Of a stretch of DNA of 64,000 nt, positions 62,202 to 64,000 are shown one piece after another. The DNA is from Marsupella aquatica (taxonomy: Eukaryota; Plantae; Marchantiophyta). How positions within the stretch are numbered: the first letter of the stretch is position 1; each line of letters opens with the position of its first letter. The DNA lies in NCBI GenBank assembly GCA_973895155.1, contig OZ316892.1:7547251-7611250 (forward strand). Direction: 5' to 3'. The notes beneath the pieces are model-generated. The model saw only the letters and a program-made list of their open reading frames with translations. It was not told where the DNA came from and searched no databases. A program made the translations under genes and the position numbers.

Positions 62202-63197
62202 ATGGCTCGACGGACCCATGTGCCGAAGTTTGGGAACTGGGATGCGAATGATCATATGCCGTACACCGTAGTCTTCGATCACGCGCGTCAGGGTCGAGGC
62301 AAACCTATCAATCCTAACGATCCCGCCGAGAACCCGAGCATGTTCCCCGCAGGCAGAGGGGCTGGTGGAGGAGGTCCCGGAGGTCCCGGAGGTCCCGGAG
62401 CTCGACGACATTTCAACCCTAGTGACCCCGAGGAGTCGACGGACGGAGCAGATCACCACCCGCAACAGGAGAGGCCGCCCGCTCAGCAGCAGCAGCAAGG
62501 GGTCGTTAGAGAGGGGAGTGGTAGTGGAAGTGGAGGCGCACGAACGGGGGGCCAGCAGCAGCTGTCGCAACAACGGGCGACTGGAGCAGAGGAACGACGC
62601 AGAATGTCGTCTGGGCAGGCGAATTTGCCGTCCAGAGGGCCATCTGCCGACCTCAGCAAGCGGCCAAGTAGAGAGAGCGCGCTCGATCGTAACGTAGAGA
62701 GCCCCTCGACCAGCTTCTCCGCTGACCAATCCCCCTCACATCCTTCCGGAGGTTCTGGACCAAGGTATGAGGGAAGTGCAGGTGGGCGAGGTGCGGGGAC
62801 CAGGTTGGGGGGCAACTCACCCGCGTATGACCCAACGCGACGCAAGTCGACCGGGGAGGACGGAGGCCAGGTTTTCGCCCCGGCCACACCCAATAGATCG
62901 CGTTTCGGAAATGGGAAGAACTCCAGGGAAGAGGCTCCCACGAAAGGTCCGTCAGCTGCACTGCCGAAGTTTGGTGCTTGGGATGCGCAGGATCCTGGCT
63001 CGGGAGACGGCTTCACCGTCATTTTTAACAATGCCAGAAACGAGAAGAAGTCCGGCGGGCCTGTGAACCTTAACCCCAAAACTCCGGAACGAGAAAATAA
63101 AGACCTTTACGAGAATTCGAATACCCAGGGTTATCAGAAGAGGCATAGCAGGCATAACAGCTGGTGTTGCTGCTTGTCACCAAGAGTGAAGCCGTAA
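62202..63197 (+). CDS. RIN4: RIN4-like protein with two NOI domains, intronless ORF
   Basis: N-NOI HVPKFGNWD..PYTVVFDHAR, C-NOI LPKFGAWD..DGFTVIFNNARNEKK, disordered Gly/Ser/Gln linker and C-terminal WCCC acylation motif. Confidence 0.92.
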   Translation: MARRTHVPKFGNWDANDHMPYTVVFDHARQGRGKPINPNDPAENPSMFPAGRGAGGGGPGGPGGPGARRHFNPSDPEESTDGADHHPQQERPPAQQQQQGVVREGSGSGSGGARTGGQQQLSQQRATGAEERRRMSSGQANLPSRGPSADLSKRPSRESALDRNVESPSTSFSADQSPSHPSGGSGPRYEGSAGGRGAGTRLGGNSPAYDPTRRKSTGEDGGQVFAPATPNRSRFGNGKNSREEAPTKGPSAALPKFGAWDAQDPGSGDGFTVIFNNARNEKKSGGPVNLNPKTPERENKDLYENSNTQGYQKRHSRHNSWCCCLSPRVKP

Positions 63198-64000
63198 GCC
63201 AGGCAGGCAGACGGACAGGCAGACGATAGGCAAGACCGACGGACGGCAGCTGTATGCGACCTGACCTACCTACTGCTGTAGTAGTAGTAATGCTTGAATG
63301 AATTCTTTGGCTAAAGCATATACAAGACGTAAAATTACATGGTTTGAAGCCGACTTGGCTTAGCTCGGCTCTGCTCAGCTCAGCTCACCGTCGACCATGC
63401 GAAAGGACAGGGATTGATGGAATCCTCACGGATGGTGATGGAGGGGATTCGCTTTTTGGAGCTGTAACCTGTGATGGTACCTGCCCGTAGTACAACACCC
63501 TCTCTGAAGCTGTTAATAACACGTGCTAGACAGCTCGCATTCCTGGTTCACATCACATTACACAGACTGCTGCCACAAGCACGATGGAAGGTACCCAACC
63601 CTAAGTGAAAGGTTGTGAATGAATGGTTCTTCCTCTCACTTATTCTGGTGTTTGACGGATTTGATCTGCTTACGAAGGGGAACCTGATCAGGACATGTTG
63701 CACGGAAAGTATCGGAGGGGGTTATTTTCAACCATCACGTGGTCTTGCCCTCCTGCACGAGGGCTGCTATGGGTCTGGAAGTCACTCGGCTGAGAATTCA
63801 TGGTGGAGATTATGAAGTTGAAGAAGTGAGATTCATTCAGACCAAGGCGGATGGATTGATGGAGAGACATTGTAGCAAGATGCTTTCCTGGCGGAACGAA
63901 GTAAATGCTAGCCGCTGCAGTGTGCATGACTCGCACGATAGGATTGCAGATGTAATTTAAACGTCAGTAACTATTGGTTGAAAAGTAGCTTGGCACCGCT

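Noticed and set aside
62160-63155. Long antisense and alternative-frame ORFs over the RIN4-like gene
   Set aside because: Shadow ORFs expected from GC-rich coding sequence, with no recognisable domains.

Overview
Eukaryotic nuclear DNA from a land plant. A bryophyte, probably a liverwort, is inferred from the gene and transposon families; this is not proven. The window is dense in transposons. From left to right: the right-hand 6 kb of a CACTA/EnSpm element (terminus at 6047) carrying a decayed two-exon SET-domain gene and a divergent TnpA-like gene; a Helitron 3' end; a decayed Sola-like DDE transposase; a 3'-deleted Ty1/copia element fused in frame to a DNA-transposon exon; a LINE endonuclease fragment; a two-gene PIF/Harbinger element sitting in a gene promoter; and a full-length Bianca-type copia (48321-55134) with identical 107-bp LTRs and a CTATC target-site duplication. 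Host genes are a five-copy At4g08455-like BTB/POZ array (one copy intact), an intronless bacterial-type long-chain mannitol 2-dehydrogenase inside that array (horizontal-transfer candidate), a four-EF-hand calmodulin-like gene, and an intronless RIN4-like gene with two NOI domains. The strongest leads are the mannitol dehydrogenase, the SET-carrying CACTA and the Sola-like transposase with Tnp23-like repeats. All family calls come from motifs recognised by eye; no database search was run.
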